Shown: in pieces, positions 27,483-36,850 of the stretch
Layout: each line of letters begins with the position of its first letter
How positions within the stretch are numbered: the first letter of the stretch is position 1
NCBI GenBank assembly: GCA_049510745.1
Contig: JBEKYR010000006.1
Span: 32,001 to 96,000 of the forward strand
DNA from: Verrucomicrobiota bacterium
GTDB taxonomy: Bacteria; Verrucomicrobiota; Verrucomicrobiia; Limisphaerales; Palsa-1400
Reading direction: 5' to 3'
DNA: 64,000 nucleotides
Notes under the pieces: model-generated
What the model saw: only the letters and a program-made list of their open reading frames with translations
Database searches by the model: none
What the model was told of the DNA's origin: nothing
Position numbers and translations under genes: made by a program

Positions 27483-30370
27483 GCAACGTTTTTCGCTGGT
27501 TCCTCATCGTCGTGCTCGCGCTGGCCCGGCCCGGCTGGGGGCGGGCGCAAATCGCCGCCCAGGACAAGGCCTCCAATTACACCTCCGGCTGGAACAATGG
27601 CGCCAATGGCGGCTCCGGCTTTCTCGCCTGGATTCTCCAGGACAACAACAACACGCCCGCTTCCGACGATTATTCCGGTTTCTTTCTTTACACCTCCGGC
27701 ACCGCCGCCCTGGATACCGGCAACGAATCCTTCGGCCTTTACGCCAACGGCCCCGACTACAACGAAGCCGTCGCCTGGCGCGGCCTGCGGGCCGCCGTGG
27801 CCGTGGGGCAGGTCTTCGAGGTGAAGTTCAAGAACAACTCGGTCGCCCCCGGCGGCGCCGCCGGCGTCAGCCTGCTGCCCACCACCGGCGCCGCCTCCAC
27901 CAACACGCTTTCCGGCATCACCAGCAACGCCTGCCTGAGCGTCTATTTCGAGGGCGGCGGCGCCGATTACCTCCTGGCCGACGGCAACGGGGTGACCGAC
28001 ACGGGAATCGCCTGGAATGAAAACGGGATGCTGCTGGAGATCGCACCGCTGTCAAACACAAATTATGTCCTGATGCTCCGCAGCGCCGACGGCGCGTCGT
28101 TGCAGGCGCTCTTCGTCAACGACCGGTTCCTGAACGCCGGGCCGGCGGCTGGTTTCGCCTGTTACGCCCTGAATCCCGGCGCGAACGGCAATGTTTTTTT
28201 CAACCAGATCGAAGTCGCTTCCGCCGCCGTTCTGCCGCCGGCGCTGTTGAACGTGACGCCGGCCGGCGGCGCGGCCTTTGTGGACCCAACGATCGCCGGC
28301 GTGTCCTTCGAGGTCTTTTCGCCGTTTTCCGGCGTGGCCATCAACGGAATCACGCTCACGCTCAACGGCGTCGCGCACAGCAACGGGCTGGCCTTTGCCG
28401 GGTCGGCCACCAACTGGTTTGTCAGCACGACGATTCCCCTGCAAGCGAATATCACCTACATCGGCGCGATCCACGTGACCGATCTGAACGGGAATACCGC
28501 CAGCCAGACGCTCTCGTTCAACACCTGGTCGCAGGGCCTGCAATTCATCGAGGCGGAAGATTACAATTTCTACGGCGGCAACTTCATTGCCAACGCCGTG
28601 CCCGACGAATACGGCGGAGCGGAAGACGGCCTCGGCGCCCTTTCCACCAACGCCATCGCCTTTGCGGGCGTGGACGCTTTCAAACCGTCGGCGCCCGATG
28701 GCGGGACCAACGTCTATCGTCCGCAAGACACCGGCCGCGTTGATGTCAACACTAATTCAGACGCGCCCCGCCCCGTTTACGCGGAACAAGATCTGCCCGA
28801 TTACAGCCTGGTCTCCGTCCAGGCCAACGAATGGGAGAATTACACGCGCGCCTTCAGCAATGTGGCTTGCGTCGTCTATGCCCGGATGTCGCCGGTTGCC
28901 GGCGCGGGCGCGATGCTGCTGGAAGAATTGGCCGCGCCCGCCGCCACCAATTCCTGCCAGCCCCGCGCCGCGCTGGGCGCCTTTGTTTGCCCGGCCAATG
29001 CGGCCAGCCCGGCCTCCTACACCAACGTGCCGCTGACCGATTTTTTCGGCAACCCCGTCGTCCTGCGACTCAATGGAATCAACACTCTGCGCGTCACCTG
29101 CCTGAGTGGCGGCTACGACTTGAACTACCTGCTTTTTTTCCCGGCCACGAACACCGCGCCCCTGCCTCCCTACCTCGCTGCGGGCTATCCGTATCCCGGA
29201 GCGACCGGCGTCGCCCCGGACGTGACCGTCACTTTTACCATCGCCAACCGCACCAACGCCGTCGTGCCCTCCAGCATCCGGCTGTTTCTAAATGGCGTCG
29301 AAGTCACCGGCGCGACGGCCTTGTCGAATAACGCCGCCGGAACCACGGCCACCTATCCAGTGGCCGCGCTGCTGCCCTCCGGCTCGGCCAACACCTTGCA
29401 GGCGGTTTTTTCCGACGGCTCCGTCTGGCAGACCAATCAATGGCAATTCACCGCCGCCAATCTGCCGGTCCTGCCCGCGGGAGACGCCCTGCCCTTTGGC
29501 GGCGCGGTCGAGCGCGGGTTCATCGTGCAAATGGCCAAGGCCACCAACGGCGCGTCGTCCTCCTTATTTCCGCCTTCGGCGGCCAACGCCGAGAAACAAT
29601 TGGCCGGCCAGATCATCAATCCCGCCACCGGCAAACCCTTCACCAACGAAGCCTCCGGCCCGAGCGGCACCGGATTTTTTGCGGTGACCAACGTGCTCAA
29701 CTTTCGCGGGGCGGGAACCAATCTGCCGCCGGTGGGCCTGTTCACCAACAACGTCGCGCCCTTCCCCGGCGTGGCCGCGACGCTGGCCGGGTCCTACACC
29801 AATTTTCCGGAATACTTCGCGCTGGCGGCCGTCACCTATCTGCCGCTGACCAACGGCGTCTATCGTTTCGCTGTCTTGAGCGACGACGGTTTTCAACTCG
29901 GCATCGGCGCGACGCCGCAGTCCACGCCGGTTATTATGAGCTACAACGGCGGGCGGGGCATCAGCGACCCCTCCAATCCGAGCGTCCAGGACTTTGTCGT
30001 GTCACAAGCCGGGATGTATCCCTTTTGCCTGCTCTATTACCAAGCCGGGGCCGACTCCGTCCTGCAATGGTATTCGATCAACCGCGCGAGCGGGGAAGCC
30101 AGCCTGATCAACGACCCGGCCGATGCGGGCGCGATCCCGGCCTATCAACTGGCGCCCGTGCAGATGGTGAATCCGATCTGGCAGGGAGCGGGATTTGCGT
30201 TTGGTTTTCAAGCTCCGGGCGCGCACACCAACCGCGTGCAATTCAAAGACCGTCTGACCGACCCCGTCTGGCAAACCCTCACCAACATCCCCGGCCTCGG
30301 CGTCCAGACCACCGTGACCGACACGTCGGCGACGAATGGGGGGCGGTTTTACCGGGTGGTGACGGAGTGA
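27479..30370 (+). CDS. Large secreted multidomain protein (CBM6-like, Ig-like, PA14-like, C-terminal domain)
   Basis: Signal peptide. FIEAEDYNF...EWENYTR (CBM6-like) and YRFAVLSDDGF (PA14-like). Ends GRFYRVVTE. ATGA overlap with the GH13 gene. Confidence 0.8.
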   Translation: MSNVFRWFLIVVLALARPGWGRAQIAAQDKASNYTSGWNNGANGGSGFLAWILQDNNNTPASDDYSGFFLYTSGTAALDTGNESFGLYANGPDYNEAVAWRGLRAAVAVGQVFEVKFKNNSVAPGGAAGVSLLPTTGAASTNTLSGITSNACLSVYFEGGGADYLLADGNGVTDTGIAWNENGMLLEIAPLSNTNYVLMLRSADGASLQALFVNDRFLNAGPAAGFACYALNPGANGNVFFNQIEVASAAVLPPALLNVTPAGGAAFVDPTIAGVSFEVFSPFSGVAINGITLTLNGVAHSNGLAFAGSATNWFVSTTIPLQANITYIGAIHVTDLNGNTASQTLSFNTWSQGLQFIEAEDYNFYGGNFIANAVPDEYGGAEDGLGALSTNAIAFAGVDAFKPSAPDGGTNVYRPQDTGRVDVNTNSDAPRPVYAEQDLPDYSLVSVQANEWENYTRAFSNVACVVYARMSPVAGAGAMLLEELAAPAATNSCQPRAALGAFVCPANAASPASYTNVPLTDFFGNPVVLRLNGINTLRVTCLSGGYDLNYLLFFPATNTAPLPPYLAAGYPYPGATGVAPDVTVTFTIANRTNAVVPSSIRLFLNGVEVTGATALSNNAAGTTATYPVAALLPSGSANTLQAVFSDGSVWQTNQWQFTAANLPVLPAGDALPFGGAVERGFIVQMAKATNGASSSLFPPSAANAEKQLAGQIINPATGKPFTNEASGPSGTGFFAVTNVLNFRGAGTNLPPVGLFTNNVAPFPGVAATLAGSYTNFPEYFALAAVTYLPLTNGVYRFAVLSDDGFQLGIGATPQSTPVIMSYNGGRGISDPSNPSVQDFVVSQAGMYPFCLLYYQAGADSVLQWYSINRASGEASLINDPADAGAIPAYQLAPVQMVNPIWQGAGFAFGFQAPGAHTNRVQFKDRLTDPVWQTLTNIPGLGVQTTVTDTSATNGGRFYRVVTE

Positions 30371-30399
30371 AAAGCCCCGTCCTTTGGGCGGGGATTTTT
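30371..30399 (+). terminator. Rho-independent terminator
   Basis: CCCCGTCC-TTT-GGGCGGGG hairpin followed by ATTTTT, directly after the stop codon. Confidence 0.75.
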
Positions 30400-30470
30400 A
30401 CTGCAAATTACTTTTCCTCTTCCGCTTTGGTTGCGAGCCTTTTGAAATGCGTGTAAAACAACGCCGACTC

Positions 30471-30785
30471 TCAGGCGAACTCCACGCGGGGTTTGATGCC
30501 CATGTCTTCGGCGATGCTCTTGATGATAACGCTCAGGTTCCGCGCGGTGGGGTTGCCGTTGCGGTGGAGCATCCGATGAAGGGATTTTTCGCCCAGGCCG
30601 GTTTGGCGCGCCAGTTCTTTGAAACTAATGTCGGCGTTGACGAGATCGCGCAGTCTGGAAAGCGCCCCGGCTGTGTCGCCTTCCAAAAGCATTTCAACCG
30701 CGCCAGCATAGAATAGCCGCGCAAACTTGCGGTCGCGTTTTATCCGCGCCATGACCGTTTCTCTATAGTCTCGTGTTGTTTCCAT
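30471..30785 (-). CDS. Addiction-module antidote-like HTH protein (HI1420-like)
   Basis: TRDYRETVMARIKRDRKFA...LRDLVNA.ISFKELARQTGLGEKSLHRML..NGNPTARNL. Confidence 0.82.
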   Translation of the reverse strand: METTRDYRETVMARIKRDRKFARLFYAGAVEMLLEGDTAGALSRLRDLVNADISFKELARQTGLGEKSLHRMLHRNGNPTARNLSVIIKSIAEDMGIKPRVEFA

Positions 30786-30856
30786 TTTGGGTTCAAGCCC
30801 GGATTCTGTGCGGAATCTGTGCGGGAAACACAACCCCCCAATTTCCCCGGTAAAAA

Positions 30857-30941
30857 TGGTGCCCGCGACAGGACTTGAACCTGTACGATGTTACTCACTA
30901 GAACCTGAATCTAGCGCGTCTGCCAATTCCGCCACGCGGGC
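30857..30941 (-). tRNA. tRNA-Leu(CAG)
   Basis: GCCCGCGTGGCGGAATTGGCAGACGCG-CTAGA-TTCAGGT-TCTAG-(variable arm)-ACAGG-TTCAAGT-CCTGT-CGCGGGC-ACCA. 85 nt. Confidence 0.97.
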
Positions 30942-31060
30942 GCAACCAAAGTTTCCCGAATCGCCGTCAAAATTACACGGGACGCCCCTCCGGCGCAAGC
31001 ACGCAATTGTGGATTTACAGAGCCAATCTTTTCGATTAGAATTGGAGGAACGGAAACAAT

Positions 31061-31573
31061 GTGAGACGTCCCTTCCAAATGACAATTTTCGCGGCGATGT
31101 TGGTTGTTCTGCTGGCGGGCCTTCCGTTGCGCGGCCAGACCGCCGTCTCGCCGTACCGCGCCTTGCATCCGATTATGAAGGACCCTAATCAGCGCAATGC
31201 GCCGTCCAGCGTCAATGAGTCCGACCTCGGCCCAGGCCCCACTCCCGCGCCGCCGCCGGGACCGACTCAACCGGCCCCGCCCGCCGCCGCCACGGCCAAG
31301 GTGGATGCCTGCCTGAAGGCGTCGAAACTGAGCGTGTTGGGGACGATCGACGGGATCAAGGGGACTCTTTACGTGACCAACGTCGGCTCCCTGCCGGTGA
31401 CTCCCTCGGTGCAGTTTCTGGTGTGCGATACCAGGGGGGGCAAAGTAGGGACGGCTTCCAAGACCGGCACGGCGCTGGCGGCCGGGGCCGATGAGAAAAT
31501 CGAAATCCTGGCGACCAATCTGAACGCGGCGGATTTGAAATTGTTGAGGTTGACCGTCACGCAAACCAAATAA
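31061..31573 (+). CDS. Exported hypothetical protein with Pro-rich linker and small beta-sandwich domain
   Basis: Signal peptide, PGPTPAPPPGPTQPAPP linker and a beta-rich C-terminal half. Confidence 0.75.
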   Translation: MRRPFQMTIFAAMLVVLLAGLPLRGQTAVSPYRALHPIMKDPNQRNAPSSVNESDLGPGPTPAPPPGPTQPAPPAAATAKVDACLKASKLSVLGTIDGIKGTLYVTNVGSLPVTPSVQFLVCDTRGGKVGTASKTGTALAAGADEKIEILATNLNAADLKLLRLTVTQTK

Positions 31574-32020
31574 GATTTCGCCGGCGCAATCTTCCTTCCG
31601 CCTTCCTCTTTATTCCCGGTGTTGGCACGAAACAGGCTGATAAGAGGGTCGTAGAGGGGCTGCTTGGGAGAAATTTCTTAGAACGGGGGAAAGCTGGAGG
31701 TGGCTTGGGGGCCCCCGTTCTGAGAACGTCCGTCGAACCGCTTTCTCCCATCGCGGCCCCTCTGCTTTTTTGCCCGGAACCAGGCCTTGGGGGCGTCGAG
31801 ACGCCGGTTTTTGGAGAAATTGGCCCCGCTTTCCTTCCGGCCCAGCCTGCGTGAAAACCACGCGGATGCGTGAAAAAATCTTTGATCGGGGCGGTATTTA
31901 TCGGCCAAAAGACTCGCGGCGGGCTTTTTTTCAAGGAAAAACGCGGGATGTTTCTTGACAAAAAACCGGCCGGGATGGTGGCATGGAATTGGCTGTGGAA
32001 ATGGGTTGACGGAGAGGTTG

Positions 32021-32173
32021 TTTGCAGGCGAGAGGTTCCGGGTGTGGGTTCGCTCGCGAGGTGAGGTGGGGATCCTTTCCCGGATAGGTCCGTTTAACGC
32101 TCCTGGCCCAAACTTCCTCTCCGTCGAGACTGAAACCGGCGCCGTCGTTTGAGCAGTAGCCGCCTGGAGCAAA
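32021..32173 (-). ncRNA. Candidate 6S-like structured RNA
   Basis: About 150 nt in a long intergenic gap. Ends are complementary (TTGC..CAGGCG / CGCCTGCAA), with nested stems and a CCCCACCT motif. Strand and identity are uncertain. Confidence 0.35.
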
Positions 32174-32213
32174 GTGACGGGGACGGTCTGGGATTATTCC
32201 TCGTCGTCCGCGT

Positions 32214-32243
32214 TTGACATTGCGCCCTGCGGGCTTATACACT
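32214..32243 (+). promoter_or_regulatory. Sigma70-type promoter upstream of the pil/gsp cluster
   Basis: TTGACA-N18-TACACT, ending about 35 bp before the GTG start. Confidence 0.55.
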
Positions 32244-32277
32244 AATGCTAGAGCGAGCATTTGAATGAAGGTTGATT

Positions 32278-33987
32278 GTGGCTGCGAACGATGATTATCT
32301 GATTGATTGGCTGGTGGAGATGGGGCTGGTGAGCCAAGAGCAACTGGCCTCCGCGCGGGAGGAATCCGCCGTCAACGGGGAGCGCCTGGTTGACATTCTG
32401 CTCGCCAAGAAAGTCATCCGTTCGGTCGATGTCGCCCAAGCCAAAGCGGCGCATTTCGGTTACGAATTCATCAATTTGGGCGAGCTCCGCTTGTCCGACG
32501 ATGTCATTGCGGCGATCCCGCCGCCCGTGGCCAAGCGGTATCGGGCCATCCCGGTGGCCAAACACGATCATACTGTGGCCGTCGCCCTGGCCGACCCCTC
32601 GGACCTGGACGTGGTGGACACGCTGCAGCGGATGCTAAACGCGGACGTCGAATTGCGCGTGGCGACGGACGACGACATCGACGCGGCGCTGAACAAGTAT
32701 TACCGTGCGGCGGACGACTCGGTCAACAGGATGATCCAGGACATCACCGAGCATGAAGTGGAAGTGGGCCTGCCGAACAAGGAAGTGGAGGCGGACGATC
32801 ACTCGGTGGTCGAAGCCGATGCGCCGATCATCAAGCTGGTCAACACCCTGATTGTGGAAGCATTCAAGGCTCGGGCCTCGGACATTCACCTGGAGCCGCT
32901 CTCCAAGAAGTTTCGCGTCCGCTACCGCATTGACGGCCTGTTGCACGAGATGAAAAGCCCGCCCAAACGATTGCAGGCCGCGATCATCAGCCGTCTGAAA
33001 ATCCAGTCCAACATGTCCATCGCCGAGCGGCGGATTCCGCAGGACGGCCGCATCCAGACCCAGGTGGTGGGCAAGCTGATCGATTTGCGCGTCTCGTGCA
33101 TCCCGACCAATCACGGGGAAAGCATCGTCATGCGTATTCTGGACAAGGAAGGATTGCGGCTGGGCCTGCCGGAATTGGGCTTTTTCACCGACGACCAGCA
33201 GACGTTCGAGCGGTTGATCGGTTTGCCCGACGGCATCTTGCTGGTGACCGGGCCAACCGGGTCGGGCAAGACGACCACGCTTTACTCGTGCCTCAATTTC
33301 ATCAACCGCCCGGACCGCAAGATCATCACGGTCGAGGACCCGGTGGAGTATCTGCTGTCGGGCATCAACCAGGTGCAGGTCAACGAGGCGGTGGGGCTGA
33401 CCTTTGCCGGCGCGCTACGCGCCATGCTCCGCCAGGCGCCCAACGTCATCATGCTGGGAGAAATCCGCGACGTGGAAACGGCCACCATCGCCATTAACGC
33501 CTCGCTCACGGGCCATTTGGTGTTTTCAACCCTGCACACCAATGACGCTCCCGGAGCGGTCACGCGGTTGATCGACATCGGCGTCAAGCCGTTCCTGGTC
33601 GCCTCCTCCACGCGGGCGTTGATGGCGCAGCGGCTGGTGCGAAAAGTGTGCAAAAAGTGCGCCGCCTCGTACCAGCCCACCGAGACCGAACTGTGCTCGC
33701 TGAACCTCGACCCGGCCAAGGTCACCGGGGCGACGTTTTTGCGCGGCAAAGGCTGCAACGACTGCAATAAAACGGGCTATCGCGGGCGCTTCGGCATCTT
33801 CGAGATATTTGTCATCGACGACGAAGCGCGTAAATTGATTTATGACCGGGTGCCAACGTCGGTCCTGCGGGCGCGGGCGCGGGAAATGGGCATGCGCACG
33901 TTGCGCGAGGACGGCGCGCGCAAAGTGCTGGCCGGCCTGACCACGGCGGACGAAGTGATTCGCGCCACAGTGGGCGACGCTGATTGA
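32278..33987 (+). CDS. pilB: PilB/GspE-family assembly ATPase, paralog 1
   Basis: RASDIHLEP, PQDGR, Walker [33 protein letters not shown] and Zn site CKKC...CNDC. Confidence 0.93.
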   Translation: MAANDDYLIDWLVEMGLVSQEQLASAREESAVNGERLVDILLAKKVIRSVDVAQAKAAHFGYEFINLGELRLSDDVIAAIPPPVAKRYRAIPVAKHDHTVAVALADPSDLDVVDTLQRMLNADVELRVATDDDIDAALNKYYRAADDSVNRMIQDITEHEVEVGLPNKEVEADDHSVVEADAPIIKLVNTLIVEAFKARASDIHLEPLSKKFRVRYRIDGLLHEMKSPPKRLQAAIISRLKIQSNMSIAERRIPQDGRIQTQVVGKLIDLRVSCIPTNHGESIVMRILDKEGLRLGLPELGFFTDDQQTFERLIGLPDGILLVTGPTGSGKTTTLYSCLNFINRPDRKIITVEDPVEYLLSGINQVQVNEAVGLTFAGALRAMLRQAPNVIMLGEIRDVETATIAINASLTGHLVFSTLHTNDAPGAVTRLIDIGVKPFLVASSTRALMAQRLVRKVCKKCAASYQPTETELCSLNLDPAKVTGATFLRGKGCNDCNKTGYRGRFGIFEIFVIDDEARKLIYDRVPTSVLRARAREMGMRTLREDGARKVLAGLTTADEVIRATVGDAD

Positions 33988-34016
33988 TGAAACAGAACAT
34001 TCCATTTGCGTAGCTT

Positions 34017-35135
34017 ATGTCCTACTCCATGTCAGACCTCTTGCAGTTGGTCGTCTCGGAAGGGGCCTCCGACCTGCACATTCGCGTCGGCGTTCCCCCC
34101 GTCATTCGTGTCCACGGCACGCTCCATCGAGTCGATGGGCCGATCTTGCGGATGGAAGACACTGAGGAACTGATGCGGAGCATCACCTCCGAAGACAGCG
34201 TTCAGCACGTGCGCGAGAATGGGGGGACGGACTTCGGGTTTGCGTTTGGCGAATTGGCCCGATTCCGTGTCAGTGTGTTCAAGGAAAGAGGGAACTTCGG
34301 AGTGGTCTTGCGGCAGATTCCCAGCAAGCTCCTGACCCTGGAGGAAATCGGGATGCCGCGGCCGACGATCATGACCCTCCTGCACAAGCCGCGCGGCCTG
34401 GTGCTGGTGACCGGGCCGACCGGGTCGGGCAAGACGACCACGCTGGCCTCGATGATCAACATCATCAATGAAGAGCGCGACGACGCTCATATCATCACGG
34501 TCGAAGACCCCATCGAGTATTATCACAAACACAAAAAGGCCATCGTCACCCAGCGCGAAGTCCACGTGGATGTGCCCAGTTTTGCCGAGGCGCTGCGCCG
34601 GGCCTTGCGGCAGGACCCGGATGTCGTTCTGGTGGGCGAATTGCGCGACTTGGAAACGATGGAAGCGGCCGTGACGGCCGCGGAAACGGGCCACCTGGTC
34701 TTTGGCACCCTGCACACCACCGGGGCGGCCAAGACGATTGACCGTCTGGTCAACGCCTTCCCGATCAACCAGCAGGAAACCATCCGCATCCAGCTCTCGA
34801 CGGTCCTGCAGGCGGTCATTTCGCAATTGTTGCTGCCGCGGATCGACAAGCCGGGCCGCATTGCCGCCTTTGAAATCATGATCAACACCCCGGCCATTGC
34901 CGCGCTCATTCGCGACAACAAAACCTTCCGCATCCAATCCGATATTCAAACCGGAGGCAAATGGGGGATGGTCACCCTGGACAGCAACCTCATGGAAAAA
35001 TATCAAGCCGGCATCATTTCCCGCGAGGAAGCGGCCAACAAATCCCAAGACCCCACCACCATGCTCCAGAAACTGGCGGAATGGGAGGCGTCCCAGGCCG
35101 AGTCGGGCGGCGGGGGGCCTGAAATAACCCAATAA
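34017..35135 (+). CDS. pilT: Type IV pilus retraction ATPase PilT
   Basis: [48 protein letters not shown] and AIAALIRD (AIRNLIRE-like). Confidence 0.95.
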   Translation: MSYSMSDLLQLVVSEGASDLHIRVGVPPVIRVHGTLHRVDGPILRMEDTEELMRSITSEDSVQHVRENGGTDFGFAFGELARFRVSVFKERGNFGVVLRQIPSKLLTLEEIGMPRPTIMTLLHKPRGLVLVTGPTGSGKTTTLASMINIINEERDDAHIITVEDPIEYYHKHKKAIVTQREVHVDVPSFAEALRRALRQDPDVVLVGELRDLETMEAAVTAAETGHLVFGTLHTTGAAKTIDRLVNAFPINQQETIRIQLSTVLQAVISQLLLPRIDKPGRIAAFEIMINTPAIAALIRDNKTFRIQSDIQTGGKWGMVTLDSNLMEKYQAGIISREEAANKSQDPTTMLQKLAEWEASQAESGGGGPEITQ

Positions 35136-35138
35136 CCC

Positions 35139-36845
35139 ATGCCCACATCCGTTTCCAGTCCTCTTTTGGAGTTGATCAAGTCTCAAAACTTGCTGGACGA
35201 CCTCCAACTTGAAGAAGTCAAGGAAGAGCACAACCGCAGTGGCAAACCCATCTCCGAAATCCTCCAGGACTTTGGCTTCCTGGACATGGACGCCCAGCTC
35301 CAGGTCATTGCCAACCATCTGGGCACCGAGGTCATCCAACTGAGCCAGCGGGAAATCACCCCCGAAATCCTTTCCATCGTCCCGGCCGAGACGGCGCGCA
35401 TGTATAAATGTTTGCCGGTGGCCGTCTATGATACAACCGTGAAACTGGCCCTGGCCGACCCGCTGAACCCGACCATGGTCGATGAACTCGCCTACGTCAT
35501 CCGCAAGGAGATCATCCCGGTGGTGGCCGATCCGGCCGAAATTGAAAGTGCCGTCAACCGGTACTATGGCGATTCCCAGTCCAACGTCGCCGACATCCTC
35601 AAGGAACTGGGCCAGGACAACGAAATCGCCCGCGAGACGGCCGAAGCCGCCGCCACCGGCGCGGCCGCGGACCTGGAAAACCTGGCCAACGAAGCCCCCA
35701 TCATCCGGTTCGTCAACCTGGTCCTCTTTCAAGCCGTCCAGGACCGCGCCAGCGACATCCATTTCGAGCCGTTCGAGGATGAATTCAAAATCCGTTACCG
35801 CGTGGACGGCGCCCTTTACGAAATGTCCCCGCCGCCCAAGCACCTGGCCCTGCCGGTCATTTCCCGGTTGAAAGTCATGTCCAGCCTGGACATATCCGAG
35901 CGGCGCCTGCCGCAAGACGGGCGCATCGCCATCCAGATCGCCGGGCGCACCATCGACCTGCGCGTCTCGACCCTGCCGACGCAATTCGGCGAATCGGTCG
36001 TGTTGCGCGTGCTGGACCGGGCGGCCGTGAACCTTGATATCAAGAGCCTGGGTTTTCCCAAACCGGTGCTGGATTACGTGGCCGAAGCCATCACGCAGCC
36101 CAACGGCATCTTTGTCGTGACCGGCCCGACCGGCTGCGGCAAGACGACCACCCTCTACTCGTGCCTGCGCGCCGTCAACAACATGGACTCCAAGCTGCTG
36201 ACGGTCGAGGACCCGGTGGAATACGACATCGAGGGCATCATGCAGGTGGCGGTCAACGAGGCGGTGGGCATGACCTTCAGCAAGGCGCTGCGCGCCTTCC
36301 TGCGCCAGGACCCGGACATTATCATGCTGGGGGAAATGCGCGATTTGGAGACCTCGCAAATCGCCATCCAGGCCTCGCTCACCGGCCACCTGGTCTTGAG
36401 CACGCTGCACACCAATGACGCCCCCGGCGCGGTCACGCGCCTGATCGACATGGGGGTGGAGCCGTTTTTGATTTCCTCGACCTTGATGGCGGTGCTGGGG
36501 CAACGGTTGGTGCGCACGATGTGCAAGAAGTGCCGCACGCCCTTCGAGCCGACCGAAAGCCAGCTCTCCCTGCTCAATCTCTCCCCGCACGACGTGGGCG
36601 ACAAGGTGTTCTATTATGGCCGGGGTTGCGCGGGCTGCAACGACACCGGTTACAGGGGCCGCCGCGGCATCTTCGAGTTGTTGGTCGTCTCGGAGCAGAT
36701 TCGCGCCCTGATCAACGATAAATCCCCAACGGTGGTCGTCCGCCAAAAGGCGGTCGAACTGGGCATGGTCACCCTGCGCGAGGACGGCTTGCGCGGAATT
36801 TTCGACGGTGATACAACTATTGAGGAAGTCGTCAAATACACCTGA
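35139..36845 (+). CDS. pilB: PilB/GspE-family assembly ATPase, paralog 2
   Basis: [34 protein letters not shown] and Zn site CKKC...CAGC. Confidence 0.93.
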   Translation: MPTSVSSPLLELIKSQNLLDDLQLEEVKEEHNRSGKPISEILQDFGFLDMDAQLQVIANHLGTEVIQLSQREITPEILSIVPAETARMYKCLPVAVYDTTVKLALADPLNPTMVDELAYVIRKEIIPVVADPAEIESAVNRYYGDSQSNVADILKELGQDNEIARETAEAAATGAAADLENLANEAPIIRFVNLVLFQAVQDRASDIHFEPFEDEFKIRYRVDGALYEMSPPPKHLALPVISRLKVMSSLDISERRLPQDGRIAIQIAGRTIDLRVSTLPTQFGESVVLRVLDRAAVNLDIKSLGFPKPVLDYVAEAITQPNGIFVVTGPTGCGKTTTLYSCLRAVNNMDSKLLTVEDPVEYDIEGIMQVAVNEAVGMTFSKALRAFLRQDPDIIMLGEMRDLETSQIAIQASLTGHLVLSTLHTNDAPGAVTRLIDMGVEPFLISSTLMAVLGQRLVRTMCKKCRTPFEPTESQLSLLNLSPHDVGDKVFYYGRGCAGCNDTGYRGRRGIFELLVVSEQIRALINDKSPTVVVRQKAVELGMVTLREDGLRGIFDGDTTIEEVVKYT

Positions 36846-36850
36846 GTCTT

